This document shows positions 11,866 through 25,320 of a stretch of 64,000 nucleotides of DNA, piece after piece. The stretch lies in NCBI GenBank assembly GCA_028534125.1, contig CM052816.1:61258001-61322000 (forward strand). The letters run 5' to 3'. The first letter of the stretch is position 1. Each line of letters opens with the position of its first letter. Made by a program: the position numbers and the translations under genes. Under the pieces are notes generated by a model. That model worked only from the letters and a program-made list of their open reading frames with translations. It had not been told where the DNA came from and made no database searches. Origin of the DNA: Lama glama (lineage: Eukaryota).

Positions 11866-14800
11866 GTAAGCTGTCATTGTTCTCTCATTTATCATCTGAT
11901 TATCTAAGTAAAACTGCAGTATTATGTTGGATTGTTAGTATTTGAGGGACCAGGCCTATAAGTAACTAACTTCTTCTTGGGTATAAGATAGTTTGCCCAC
12001 ATGGATATTATTTGGAACCTAAAATATAACTTCTAATATGCTTTAAATTTTCATATTAGTAACTCTTCTCATCCTTTCACCCTCTTATATTTAGTATGTC
12101 TTAGTTGACTTTTTAAGTTCTTTATATTATCTGGGTGTTTTTAGGTTTCTTAGATCTGAATTAATATTCCCCTAAAACATGACATAGAAAACAGAAGTTT
12201 TAATGTTTAGGAGAAAACCATATAGAAAAAGATTCATCAGGATTTGAGTCATCAGTTAGAAACAGATTTTATCAAGTTTGGCCACTGATGGGGATCTTTA
12301 AAACATGGAAAGGTTCAGGGTCAATGTGCAAAATCAAGACTGAAACCCAAGTGTTCTGATCCCTGTTGCTGACCACTGCCTACATGATCTCTGGTTTCTG
12401 GCCTTTTCAGGAAATATGGACTGTAAGACTGAAAAATTTTAAGGCTAGTGAGTTTAGGGCCTCAGGGGGACCTCCCATGTGGGTTTTCATTACATTTCGG
12501 TGCCACATGAACTTCTTTGATTATTCTAGCTCTGTATTCATGCTTCAGTACAGAATGAGGAGCTCAGGAGAGGAGCTGCAACAGGCAGGGTGTCCTTCAG
12601 CCTGGCAGGGACATTGCCGAGAGTGCTGCCATGACTGTTTCTAGAACTCGTTGGGAAGAGGTTCTTAGAGTTGCAACGGAGATGGTAATTTGGCAGTAAA
12701 CTGCTTGCTCCCTCTTTTCATACTGGGAAAAAAGATAATGCCGTTGTACGTGAACTCATCGAATAGACAGATGAAGTGTATGTTTGCGACAAGATGTAAG
12801 GAGACAGTGGCATGTCTCTGTGTTCCTTATCAGGGAATCCCTTTTTCTTCTCTTTGGTTTCTGTGGTTATTTCATTGTCCCAGCTTGTGGCCTCCTTAGG
12901 GAGTCCTATTTCAGGGGACTCATGGTCTGGCTATGGCCAAAGCTGACCTTCTTTACTCCTTGATGCCCGAGACACCTGTGCTTGGGACAGCACTTGGATT
13001 TGCTCACTATGTCTCCTGTCACCACTGACCTAGTACTGCAGAGAGTGTCACTTTTTTTTTCCTCCCCCCAAAGCTCAGATTGACTTATTGACTGTTATAC
13101 TCAGTTTGAATAGAGCTCCTTTTTTTTTTCGGTTATTTCTCTCTGATTGTATTTAATTGTATCTAAAATATAGTTTCTTAAGACTGGCTCCGTAGTATAT
13201 CTACCTAGTTGTATTTGTGGTGTCAATCCTTCAATAGTCCTTAACAGCTATGGCTTCGTGACATATGTTTGTTAGCAGATTATGGCGGAGAAAGTCTAAA
13301 ACTTGGTTGAAGCAGTATCACAACTGTTACAACTAAAGAAGTTATTGACTTACCAGTTGTATTGGGCTGTTATATTGGGCAGTTTATTTCTGGGATACTG
13401 TTTTTTCTGCCCCCACCCCCCCAATTAAGTTTATATGCTAAATGGATTCCTTCCTTTTATATAAAGTGGCAAACACTTCTCCTCACGTCATGGGCTGCTC
13501 AAAAAGGTGTTCAGTGAGTATGAGAATTAAATTTCAAAGTTGTAAAACTGTGGCAATTTCATTAAAATAATTCAGAAGGATGTAGAAGACAGAATGAATT
13601 ATAATTCATTTTTCAATATGCCATTTTTCTGACCTCCAAAAGTCACTTTTTTCATGCATAAGCTGTCTAGGCTTGTTAAAAGATTTGAAATAGATGGAAC
13701 CCTGGAAGCGAGTACTGCAGGGCAGTAATGTGTCTTTGAACTACACTTACATCCTGAGTGACAACACAGTCACTTTTAAGTAGTGACCTCTGCTTATTAA
13801 GGTTCTCATTTTTATTCTATACCGTTTAGTCTAATACTTTATGGTTGATAAAGACTTTTTTAAAGTAAGAACAACTCATATACTTTATCAGTGAGCTTGT
13901 ACTTGTGAATATTTATGTGTAACTAGCACAGTGTATTTCCAGCGTTAGCGCTATCAAGTTTATTGAAATTTTACTCAAGACAAAGATAATGGTGGATATA
14001 TTTTAAATATGGTACATAGGTATATTGGTTACAAATCATGCTTTCTTGAAAATTATAAACATTTATGAACTTTAAAGTCAAGTTTAAGAACAATGCCATT
14101 TTAAAAAGAATCTTTCAAATTGGAAAAATACATTGTGTTCTCAGTGCCACTCAAGACATTTCTAAATTTTTATTTAGCTTTCCTAGATACCTTTAGTTTG
14201 AACCTTATTATTGCAAAACAGGTTTGAGGATGATAGTAGGTGTTAAGAACAGGAGTGTTATACATTTTTTTTTTGTCTTATGGGGAAATAAATATATGTC
14301 CATCATTTAAAATAATTTGGACAATATGGAATGAGAGAAAGAAGAGACTGAAAATCCTACTTCCAAATATTTCTACTGTTAACCTTTTTTGTATACGTTT
14401 CCCATCTTTGATTTTCAGCCTGTGTGCATGTGTATGTATGTGTGCACATATTTACATAATAGGATCATATTATAAATGCTTTTTTTGGTACCTGTGAATT
14501 TGACTTAGTAGACTATCTCTTAGGATATTAACACTATGTTTGGAAATGATCACTAATATAAACAATCCCTTGAACATGTTTCTATTACCATTCTTTATAT
14601 ACTGATTCCATTTTTTACTTATGAAGTAAGATTTCTTGGTATGGGGAAAGCAAATAAAAAAGGTTTTGATTCACAGTTGCCCATTTTTTTCTAGAAAATT
14701 TCCACATAGTCACTCTTCTAATAAAAGTAGATGAGAGGACTTCCCCCCTTTTTCTTGCTAACATTATTATTTAGATACTTGATTTCATGGCATGGAATTA

Positions 14801-14905
14801 CGGGTGATTTGCTATAGTGATGGGTAAGTCATGATTACTTAATGTTCTCTGGGATGACTCTTTATGTATCTAAATGGAAGTACATTGTATTTTATTTAAT
14901 TTCAG

Positions 14906-14975
14906 AATGACATTCTGCCCCTTTCAAACTCAGTGCCTGAAGATGTGGGAAAAGCTGACCAATTAAAAGATGAAG
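14906..14975 (+). CDS. SGTB: SGTB exon 4: NDILPLSNSVPEDVGKADQLKDE(G), start of TPR1
   Basis: tttcag| acceptor, G|GTGAA donor, 70 nt. Confidence 0.97.
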
Positions 14976-17900
14976 GTGAATATTTCATGGAAAAATTACT
15001 TATTTAGTAAAACTTACTGTAACTCTGGAGAAAGTGACTCTGTCAACTGGTAAGATTCTGGTTTACACTGCCAAGACTGGATTGTCGTAGGTCCACGTGG
15101 CATTTGTGAAACAGAAATGAATGTGATAAGGAAGAAGCCTGGAAATATAGAAATGGCTTGGGGACAGTATAGGTATGGCTTGCTTCAAGAGGAGCAGATC
15201 TGTTGTGAGTAAAACTAATGAAACGGGTAACTGAAAAGGTGATTGTGTTTGCTGTGTGTACTCTAGGATCCTAGATTCTTTATGTTTAATTAAAGACATG
15301 AAAATGATTTTCAGTATTATTTTAACTTTCGTGTATTTAGTGTTTTTGAGTTTTTTGAAATTTGTTAATGTATGTGTATGGCCCTTGACTTAAGTGTTTA
15401 TTAGCCAGCACGTTTGATGACTATGTTATTAAATTTTCTAACAGTGGTTATTGAAGCCTACTTGGTTTTAATAAATGAGACCATTGAGGATCTGTATTCA
15501 GGTTTTCCATCGTGTCAGTTATGTTAAGCTATAGAGGCAAGCCAGGTCAGGCCTACGAGATTTGTACTAAGAAACTGTAGGCAGAGTCCTGATCGTTAGC
15601 AGTGAATGAGAACCGACAAATACCCTGTCCTATAGGCAGAGAGTTACTAGGGAATATGCGATATTCAGAAGCTATACAAAAATGGTTCACAACCATTTTC
15701 TAGCCTTTTCTTTAGTGCATACCTTGAAGAAAGCAGTTGAGTTAAAAAAAATCATTTGTTGTCCAAAACGGTAGATATCGAAAGAGTATACTTTTCCTAT
15801 TCCTTGAGGCTGGTCCTCTCTATTAGGCCTATAAATGTTCACTGTATCACTACTTTTAATGGCTGTGTAGTGTTGCACAGTACTGAGACCATGATTTTCT
15901 TACCCAGACAAATAATGTTGTAATTCTAAGTAACATTGTCTTAATGTCTTTGTCATTATTTATTTTCACTCTGGGGTGATTATCTTCTTTGGGTTACATT
16001 AGAAGGTGCTGTGTTTCCAACAGACAGACTGGCTTCAGTTTTCAATTGTTTATTTCCTCTAAGAAATGATACCACTACAATGACTTAAAATTTTACAATT
16101 ATGACTTTCATAAATTACATGCAAAGTAAAGTAACAACAAGATCCTCATTGTCATTTGAGTTATAGTATTCCCTGAAGAATTTGGATTTAAACTATCCAG
16201 AGACAAATGCATTTTTCATATAGTAGTTTGTAGTGGAAACAATTGAATTGATTTTTCTTCCTTCCACTCAGATTTCTGCAGTGGTGAAATCCTCAGTGAT
16301 GCGTCAGATGCTCCACTACCATTTCACTTTTGCAGCTGTCTTGCTTTAGCTCTGATCCTAAACGGCAAATTGAAATTTTCTTTTTGCCTTTCATGTTTAC
16401 TCCCACTGCATGGCAGAACACTGGGAGACTGCATTCCCTGTAGAGTTTGTTTTGATGAAATGAACGTCAGTAAATCTAGGATTGGAAGGTGCAGAATGAG
16501 ACTCCTTTACTGTGGCAGCATGAGTAGACTGAATTCCTTACTGCTTTTGCCTTTAACCAAAAGCTCGTATTCTTTGTTTTCACCAAGACATGTCACATGT
16601 AAGACATGCTACACATAAAGTTAAAGTAGTTGACATTTAAACAGGTGTGCTGTTCATGTGAAAACGGATGGCCGGGTAGACTCTCAAGCACAGGATTAGT
16701 CCAGGCTGCGTGTTATACTTACCTGTGTCAATTAAGGCTTCCAGCCAGCTAGTACTTTCTGGTACACACAATATTTTTGTGTGCTTTGCTTCTGAAGTGC
16801 TGCAATAAGATCAGACAAAACCAAGAAGGATTCATTGCTGTCATTCCCTGACATGTCACAGAAATGCAGGCATGTCTCATAGGGTTATCTTGCTAATTAA
16901 AGGAGACAGGTGAGTACTGTGTATAACTGTAAAGTGCTCTGCACTGCTTAGTTATATTTATCTTCACAAATATCTGTGTCCGGAGCTTTTGTATATTGAA
17001 TATTTTGTCACTTGAAGCTTTTTATCATGAATATGTATCAATATGCATATGTATATATACATACTATATATATTATAGTATCTATACATTTGATGTGGTT
17101 TACAGGAAAAGACATACAACAGATTTTACTCCTCCTCATCCTCCTGAGATGCCATCCCAAGATAAAAAGACTCAACAGCAACAAGAGAATAACCCCCAAA
17201 ATTTTAAATTTTTTACAAGGAAGAAGCAAATCTATTTAAGTACCGAGGCTAATGTAATTTCTTGCTCAAGTCATAAAAATTATGTAATCCTTTTAGCTTC
17301 CTTAGAGGCGTTATATCTGTTTCTTTTTGGAGGTGGGGATCTAAATTATTGTTTTAACTTTTAAAAAACAGCTTCATTGAGCTGTAATTGACATACCATG
17401 TGATTTACTCCTTTGACATGTACGAATTAATTGCTTTCTAGTATATTCACAGAGTTATGTAGCCATCACCACAAGTACAGAACATTTTTTATCATTCCTG
17501 AAAGAAATCGGGTAGAAATCGCTTTTTATTTTCATTTAGCAAGCACTCTTTATACTCACTTCTGCATCCTAATTTGCAGTAACTTTCGTATAATGTTAAA
17601 TGCTTTCATCTACCTGTCTTTCCTTTAACCTTCCTATTCCTGTTCTCTGCAAATTTACACTCTTCTTCTCTCATTAAGTAGCTAATGATCTATTAAAAAA
17701 ACAAGGCTAATAGGAGAGCTTCTGGTTTAGAGAAAGCTGGAAGGAATGATAGAGGCTTTTGTGATATAAATCCTTCCTCCTAATTCCAGTGTTTTAAAAA
17801 TTTCAATTTTGACCATTGGTTCTTAGAAGCAAGCATGACACTTTTTTCTGTTTAATGGAATAGAAATGATAACTACAGGAAATCACTTATCTTGCTGACC

Positions 17901-18448
17901 AGTTGTTAACGTAGCTGAATATTGCCAGATGTATCTGCAGATGCCCTTCCTGAAGATCAGTACCCTGTGGGCTAGCTGTGGTTATCTGAAATTCTTTCTA
18001 GAAATTAATCTCCAATAATCCCCCTTTAAAAAGAATCTGTCTCCAGAAGGGATAGCACATAAATATATTATCTGCTGGTAACATATTAACATGATTAGCT
18101 TTACTGGCTTAACCACACAGCATGTCCTGAGGGCTTGGTTGTCAGCAGGTATACATTTTGACAGGGAGGACCAGGTCCAGACTGAGATGGTGATTGAGGG
18201 GGGTGTTCCATTTGGAACAGGATGGGGCAGCTCTAAAAGGAAAGAGAGATGCAGATAAGGAAGGTAAGAAGAGATTAGATTTTGCTATGAGATCATCATC
18301 ATTGTTGCATTTACTCACTTATTGAAGTCTGGTTTTATAAGATACATAAACATTAATTTTTAAAGACTGCACTGTTAAAATAATTCAAGCACACTGAAGG
18401 CTAAGGAGTATCAACTCTATAGTACATATAAAATTTATCTCCAGTGTG

Positions 18449-18600
18449 GGGAGGGGAGGGTATAACTCAGTGGTAGAGTGAGTGCTTAGCATGCACGAGG
18501 TCCTGGGTTCAATCCCCAGTACCTCTGTTAAAGAAAAGAAAATTTAAATTAAATAAATAAATAAACCTAATTACCTATCCCCCCCCCAAAAAAAACAAAG
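18449..18600 (+). mobile_element. tRNA-Ala-derived camelid SINE (Vic-1-like), full length
   Basis: tRNA-Ala(AGC)-like head with A and B boxes, aaataaacctaattacc body, A tail; 17-bp TSD aatttat(c/t)tccagtgtg at 18432-18448 and 18601-18617. Confidence 0.92.
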
Positions 18601-18740
18601 AATTTATTTCCAGTGTGACTGAAAACTCATGTTGCTGACCTTCATGTTATTGTGGTTTCTGTGATTAAAATTTATCTTTCAGACCTTGTATTTTTTCTGT
18701 ATATTATACCTACTGTGCCTATTGATTACTTCTTTTTTAG

Positions 18741-18840
18741 GCAATAACCACATGAAAGAAGAAAATTATGCTGCTGCAGTGGATTGTTACACACAGGCAA
18801 TAGAACTGGATCCAAATAATGCAGTTTATTATTGTAACAG
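18741..18840 (+). CDS. SGTB: SGTB exon 5: [34 protein letters not shown] (TPR1-2)
   Basis: ttttag| acceptor, AG|GTAAAC donor, 100 nt, TPR consensus. Confidence 0.98.
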
Positions 18841-19684
18841 GTAAACTGGCACTATTGTGACAGATTTATAGTTCTTAAACATTTGCACTAATAGCTGTGA
18901 AGGAGAACTGTAAAATTTGTTTTTTTATTTAGGAAATTTTGAAAGTTTGGAAAAGTAGAAAGAAGGAAAAAAATAAACCCATAAACTTACCAGTTAGAGG
19001 AAGCCACTGTTACTAATAACCTTTTTGGCATATTTTATTTGATGTAACTGTAATTTCAGATTAATCTTTATTCACTAGGCATATCATAAACATGTCCTTA
19101 TTTTACTGAAATCCGTCTTAAACACTATTTAAATGGTGTAAATTAGTCTATTATCACCTCTTAATCTTTTTTGTCTTTCTAGCACCTATCATTACAGCTG
19201 GAAAGCAGTACTATTTTTAAATAAATGGATAGATGTATCTTAATTTGCTTAACCCTTGACCTACTGGTGGACATTGAGATTGCCTTTTTTTTTTTTTCTA
19301 ATATTATAAAGCTGCAATGAACTTCTTTGTTTCTAAAATGATTTTCTGGACTCAAGTTTTTCTAGACTTTGGATCTATCCTTGGAAATGCACTTAATTGG
19401 TCTAACAGTATAAATAATTTAAAGAATTGGTTGATGCTAATTTCAAAATTGTTCCAACTGCTTTGAAAATATTTTGAAAACTAGTTTCCTCCCAAGCATA
19501 TATGAGTATATTTGTTTTTACCACATCTTATCAGTGCCAAGTACTTGAGTTATTATTTATTATTGTTAATTTAATATTAGTCTTATTTTGATAGTAATTT
19601 TTCTGATTTACATTTAATTACTATGAGGTTGGACATTTTTCAAATATTGGCCATTTGTGGTTTTTTTCTTTAGATTATCTGTTT

Positions 19685-20135
19685 GTACCTATCCCAGCCC
19701 TCAGCCTATTTGACCTCAGACTCATTTCTTTTCTTCCCTGTTGTGCCCCAGGGTCTGACTCCTATAGGCTGCATTTCCCAGGCTCCTTTGTCACCTGGGA
19801 TTTTTCTCTGTATTCAGCCAAAGGAGGTGCTGGCAGGAGATTATAGGGCAGAAGGAAGGGAGAAGTTAGGTATTTCTTCCCCTCTTTTTACATCCGAGTA
19901 TTAATTCAGCAGGGACTGCTTCTCCTCATCTCCAGCTCCCACCCCAGACACCTGCTGTGGTCCCAGCTTTTGCCAGGCAATGTAGGGTTTTGGGCTCTGC
20001 ACTCTGTCCCGTCTTAGGGATGGTAATGGCTTCCTGCTCTTGCTAATCTCTGGACTGCTGCACAGCCCCCTGTTTGGCATCTCAGCTCTTCTATCAGCTA
20101 TGTAATGAAGTCCCTGCACTAAATTATTCTCTTTT
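19685..20135. mobile_element. Old ERVL-class solo LTR (LTR33-like)
   Basis: GC-richer block with gcttcctgctcttgctaatctctgg...ctcagctctt...ccctgcactaaatt; family assigned from memory. Confidence 0.55.
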
Positions 20136-20144
20136 TAAATATTA

Positions 20145-20365
20145 AAGTTCCAATAGAACTTTCTGCGGTGATTGACATGTTCTATATCGATATTGTCTGA
20201 TACAGTAGCCGCTAACCACAGTGGCTGTTGTGCACTTGAAATGTGGCTCGTGGAATGGGGAAACTAAATTTTTAATGTTTAATTAATTTAAGGTCAATTT
20301 ACATAGATTAATTTAAATTTGAATAGCCACGTGTGGCTTGTGGCCACTGCATTGGACAGCAGAGC
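20145..20365. mobile_element. MER3/MER33-type hAT MITE
   Basis: ccaatagaactttctgcggtgat...gtagccgctaaccac...aatagccacgtgtggcttgtggcc...ttggacagc. Confidence 0.75.
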
Positions 20366-21604
20366 TCTATGTTAAAGATGGGATCTCTGTTCTCATCGCA
20401 GAGCTTATTGTTTGACTTTTAATGTTTTCTTATGTAAAAGTTCTCAGTACATGTGTAGACAAATTTGTTTTCCTTTTCTTTTGAATTTTATTACAGGATT
20501 TTTAGGCTGAAAGCTCTCCCCATTTATAGACTTGGCAAATAACTTCTGTTTTCTTATTTTTCCTTTACATTTAAATTTTATCATCTTGTCTATTTTGGTC
20601 ACTGGTGTGACTATTTTAATCAATCTGATGCTTTTTTATGACAGATTTATAAAGATTGTATTTTATTATATAGTAAGTTCTTAGATTTGAAAGAGATCTT
20701 TAAGTTAATTTGGTCCAATCTTTCATTTAGTTTTTTAAGGTATGTTCATATGCTTCTACCCACCTTTTCTTTTGTGGTTATATCTGTTAGAAAAGTCCTC
20801 CTTATGTTGACATTGAATTTGTTTCCCTGTAGCTTCTGTAGCTTCTCTCAGTTGACTTTATTTTTATTCTTAAGAGCAATTACAGAGTAAGTATGATTCT
20901 TCTTTTTCATGACGAAACCTTACAGTTTGAAGTGTGCTACTTTGCTCATTTGAGTTCTTTTCTCTGCATCAAGTATTCACAGCTTCTCCAATTATACTTT
21001 ACATAGTTCAGCTTTAAATCTTGCGCTTGTGCTCTACACTTGTTCCAGTTCACCTGTATCCATTATTGTGTAGCTCCCACAAGTTAGCATGGCGTATCTG
21101 GCCTTGGTCCGAGTAGAGCAGTCTTGTGGCGTGCTCATTTAACCTACCTCTAGATAACATCTACCTCTAGATTAGCGTTATTTTTTTTATTGAAGTATAG
21201 TCAGTTTACATTGTTGTGTCAATTATAGCTTAGTGTTTTGTAGCATTATTTATTAAATTTATATTTTGCTTTCAGTTTATTAAAGCCTGCCCTTCTTTTT
21301 CACACACTCTGTCCATCCTGTCACTCAGTCATATATTCATTTGAAGGTTCTTGCCCAACACCTGCTGTGTGGCAGTGTTGTCACAGGAGGTAAAGTGGGT
21401 TGTCTGGACTCAAATGCAGGATCTTATATTTTATCCCTATAGAACTGTATCTTGTTACTGTCTTTTATTCATTTGTCCCTTAGTTGTTTGGAATAATTTG
21501 TAAAGTAATATATTTGCTTTTGCTCCTAGTTTCATGTCCTCCACAAACTTGAGAAGAGTACCATATGTTACATTGTGTCAGTGTTATGAAGTCGACAAAG
21601 GGAG

Positions 21605-21845
21605 CAGTCATGGGGAAATGGTGAAGAGCAGGGGTTCTGACCCAGCTCTTTGGATTCTAATTTCTGACTCTTTCACTTAGATCTGTGTGACCTTGAGCAA
21701 ATTATCCTAACATATCTTAGTTTCCCCCATTAGTAAAATGTGGATAATAGTACTTATCTCATAGGATTGTTGTAGAAATCAAATAGTTAATACATATTAA
21801 GTGCTAGGAAAGTGTCTAGTAAAGAGTGTACACAACAATAGCTAT
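21605..21845 (+). mobile_element. MIR SINE
   Basis: ctgtgtgaccttgagcaaatta...tttcccccattagtaaaatg...tacttatctcataggattgttg core. Confidence 0.8.
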
Positions 21846-24195
21846 TATTATTGTTATTATTATTATTTATGCAATCTGGGTTTTTATTGCCTTAATCAGC
21901 ATATGAAAAGAGATCCAAATTTATTGGGGTCCAAATATGTTGTCAGTTGTTTTTCTCTGAGTTACCAGTCTGGTGGTAACACTATTAAAATAGAAAGGAA
22001 ATGATGTTAGCCTGATAGGACTTGTTCTAGATTAATCTACTGTCATTTTTCTTCTTTTCTTGATCTTGTAACACTTTTTAATGAAAATTTTCAAAGTAGA
22101 AGGCAGTTCACAGTGAATATGCATATACCCACACCAGGACTGTACCATTAACATTTTAGCATGTTTGCTGTATCACGTTTATTCATCTCTCTGTGCCTTT
22201 CTATTCATTATTCCATCTTATTTTTGATGCGTTTCAAGCTAAATTGCACGCATCAGTACACTTTCCCCCTAAATATTTTAGTACTCATATCACTAACTAG
22301 AGTTCAGTATTTTATAATTTTTCTTTTGAGGTAAAACTTACCTGCAGTAAAAAGCACAAATCTTAACTGTATGTATGTTCACTGAGTTTTGACAAATGCG
22401 TACACCTATATAACTCAAAACCCCTATCAAGACAGTGAAAATTACAACCAGCCTAGGAATTTCCACCTGCCCCTTCACAGTCAGCTGCCTAACGCACTCA
22501 CCAGAGAAAAGCATTGTTTTGTTTTGTTTTGTTTTTCCACTGTAAATTAGACGTTAGAATTTCATACATTAGGAATCATACTATATGTACCTTTGTGTGT
22601 GAGTTTTTTTGGCTTAGCATAATTGTTTTGAAATTCAACCATGTTGTTGCATGTTTTTTTTTTTTTAAACTGCTCAGTCATAGTTTGAATGTATCACAGT
22701 CTGCTTAGCCATTTTCCTCTTCATGGGCACCAGGGCTGCCTTTAGTTGTTGTTATTTTTGTATCTTGTACACAGTTTATAGTTGTTATTTTTGGAAGAGT
22801 TGGATCCATAAGGAATTTAGTTGGCCATATTGAAAACCTACATTTTCTTTTATCACAAATAGATCTCTTTATTAGTCTCAGCTCAGAAAAATAGAAAATA
22901 CAGATAATTTGTGGAGAATTAATTCCCCAAGCTGTGCTTTTATGTTTGAATTTTATTCTCTATAATCATATAAATATGCATGCTTTAATTTAGCATATGA
23001 AATCTTGAAATAAATACATTTAATAGTATAATAAAATGTTATTAGCAGATAATGACTGCTACCAGAAAATTGAATATTTACAGAGCTCAGTAAGCCATAT
23101 ACTTCTAACTATGAATATGATAAATCTGAGCCTAAATAAATCATTTACTTTTAATGAGATTAAAGTTTGGTAATAGTCTTATGTCCACTAGTCCTGTATT
23201 AGAAGAGGTTTTTGGCAATACCCATGCTTGCTTTTCGTTTATTGTTAAATTGAAATGAATAATTATGCTCCTTTTTTTTCATTTAAATAGTATTAAATAG
23301 TATCTTTTTCCCTGAGGAGTTCAGTAATAGAGCATGCAATTTAATATTACATAATTAGAAAACTTTGTTTGTGTATTTAATACAAATACTGAATAAAGCT
23401 TTAGGATGTGTTTTAGAGTCTAGTGGCTGTATCTCAATAGTCTATAGTCTTGCCAGCTACCCCTTGCCGTTTTTCTTAGCCAGCTGACTGCCAAAGGTTT
23501 GGAAGCTCAGAATAGCAGATCTCAATCTTTCTTTTGATACTCATTTGCACAGTTTTATTACTAAACAAAATATTGGTCACATATTAAACTTGCTAGGATG
23601 AACCGAAGTTTATTTTTCGTAGAAGTGACTTTTTTTATATGTTATAGAGTGGTCACTTGGTACATTTTTTAAGCATGTCTTTCTTTTCTAGCATTTATTT
23701 CTATTTTGACCTTTTAGGATCCTAATGATGCTTTAGGCTCAGCGTAGAGCCTAAAACCTGAGTTCTTCCTTGAAAACCTGGGTTCTTCCTCGAAAATCTC
23801 TTATTTAGTTTTGCTTCTCTTCTGTGCTCCTAGTACTTACCACCACATATAACATTTGTATGTTTATTGTATATGTTCTGCCTTATTTTATAATTATATG
23901 CATACTTGTTTTATTTCTTCTGTGGAGGGCAGAGATTGGATATTGTATCTATTCATATTCCCTATGGTACCTAGCACTGTGCCTCACAGGAGTTCAGTCA
24001 GTTTTTGCTGGATGTCTGGAAGACTATAGAAGAAATAAAAGAAATTTCCACTGATGTTGAAGTGATCAGACACTCTGACACTTTAATACAACAAATGATT
24101 GAATATAGGTCTAAAACATTTCCAAGTCTTTTATAATATGAAATGACATTTCATATTGAACTAGCTAGTTCTGTGACTTCTGTCCCTAAACAGTA

Positions 24196-24694
24196 CAGAT
24201 CTCCCTCAACCTGTGATGAGGTTACATCCTGATAAACCTGAAAATGTCATAAGCTGAAAATGCATTTAATACACCCAACCTACTGAACAGCATAGCTTAG
24301 CCTAGCCTACCTTAAATGTGCTCAGAACACTTGCATTAGCCTCACAGTTGGGCAAAATCATCTAACACGAAGACTATTTTATAATAAAGTATTGAATATC
24401 TCATGTAACTCATTGAATATGGTACTGAAAGTGAAAAACAGAATGGTTGTGTGGGTGCAGAATGGTTGTAAGTGTACAGGTTGTTCACTCTCAAGATCGC
24501 ATGGTTGACTGGGAGCTATAGCTCGCTGCCACTGCCCAGCATCATGAGGGAGTATCATACCATATATCACTAGCCCAGGAAAAGATCAAAATTCATAATT
24601 TGAAATACAGTTTCTACTGCATAAATATTCTTTCACACCATCATAAATTAAAAAAAAATTGTAAGTCAAACCATTGTAAGTCAGGGACCACCTG
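24196..24694. mobile_element. Tigger5/MER47-family TcMar DNA transposon
   Basis: TIRs cagatctccctcaac... and ...gtcagggaccacctg, each flanked by TA; MER47-like body (tagcttagcctagcctaccttaaa). Confidence 0.85.
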
Positions 24695-25099
24695 TATTTG
24701 AAATGAAATCCTTACAGGTATCTCTTTTGTGCATCCTCATTGCTGAGTACATTACCTTACCCATAGTCTTCTGATGTTTTGGGGATGGACAGATGGTTGA
24801 ATGTCTGAGGCAATAAGTGGAATTAAAAATATCAGGAAAGAGAGAGAGTGTGATGGAGGGAATTTGTCGGAAGGTCTCTCATGTGATGTGGGGCATTTGC
24901 GCTGAAGGTGGATTTGATGGACAGGTGGAGCTGGAATAAACAGAGGAGAGGGGAAGGCATTTAAGTTGGAGAGCACAGTTTGCAAGGCAGAATTAGGAAG
25001 CAGAAAGGCATTGTACCAAGGAATGCTAGTGACAGTGTGAGCTCTGAGAAGGATGGGAACAGAGATCACATTGTTTTCATTTTGTTTTCCTCCACCTCC

Positions 25100-25320
25100 G
25101 TAAGCAGCTAGTCATTAGGTTCACTGGGATTTGAACCTGGTTTGTTGAACTTGGAGTTGAATCTCAGTTCAGCCACTAACTAGCTATGTGACCTTGGGAA
25201 GCCACTCAACCTTTTTAAGCCTCAATTTCTTCACTGGTAAAATAGAGAGAATACTAACCACTTCACAAGGTAGTTGTGAGCAATAATGAGATATATATAA
25301 AATCCCTAGCATAGTTCTAG
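25100..25320 (+). mobile_element. MIR SINE
   Basis: ccactaactagctatgtgaccttggg...agcctcaatttcttcactggtaaaat core. Confidence 0.75.

Noticed and set aside
16715..16725. U1 snRNA 5' end (ATACTTACCTG)
   Set aside because: Similarity stops after 11 nt; better read as a minus-strand splice donor
18449..18525. tRNA-Ala(AGC) gene
   Set aside because: Followed by SINE body and A tail, flanked by a TSD, with stem mismatches; it is a SINE
23753..23797. Short tandem duplications (also 7605-7645, 34118-34200, 58922-59000, 63219-63304) as array-like systems
   Set aside because: Two-copy slippage duplications without spacers; not CRISPR-like or satellite
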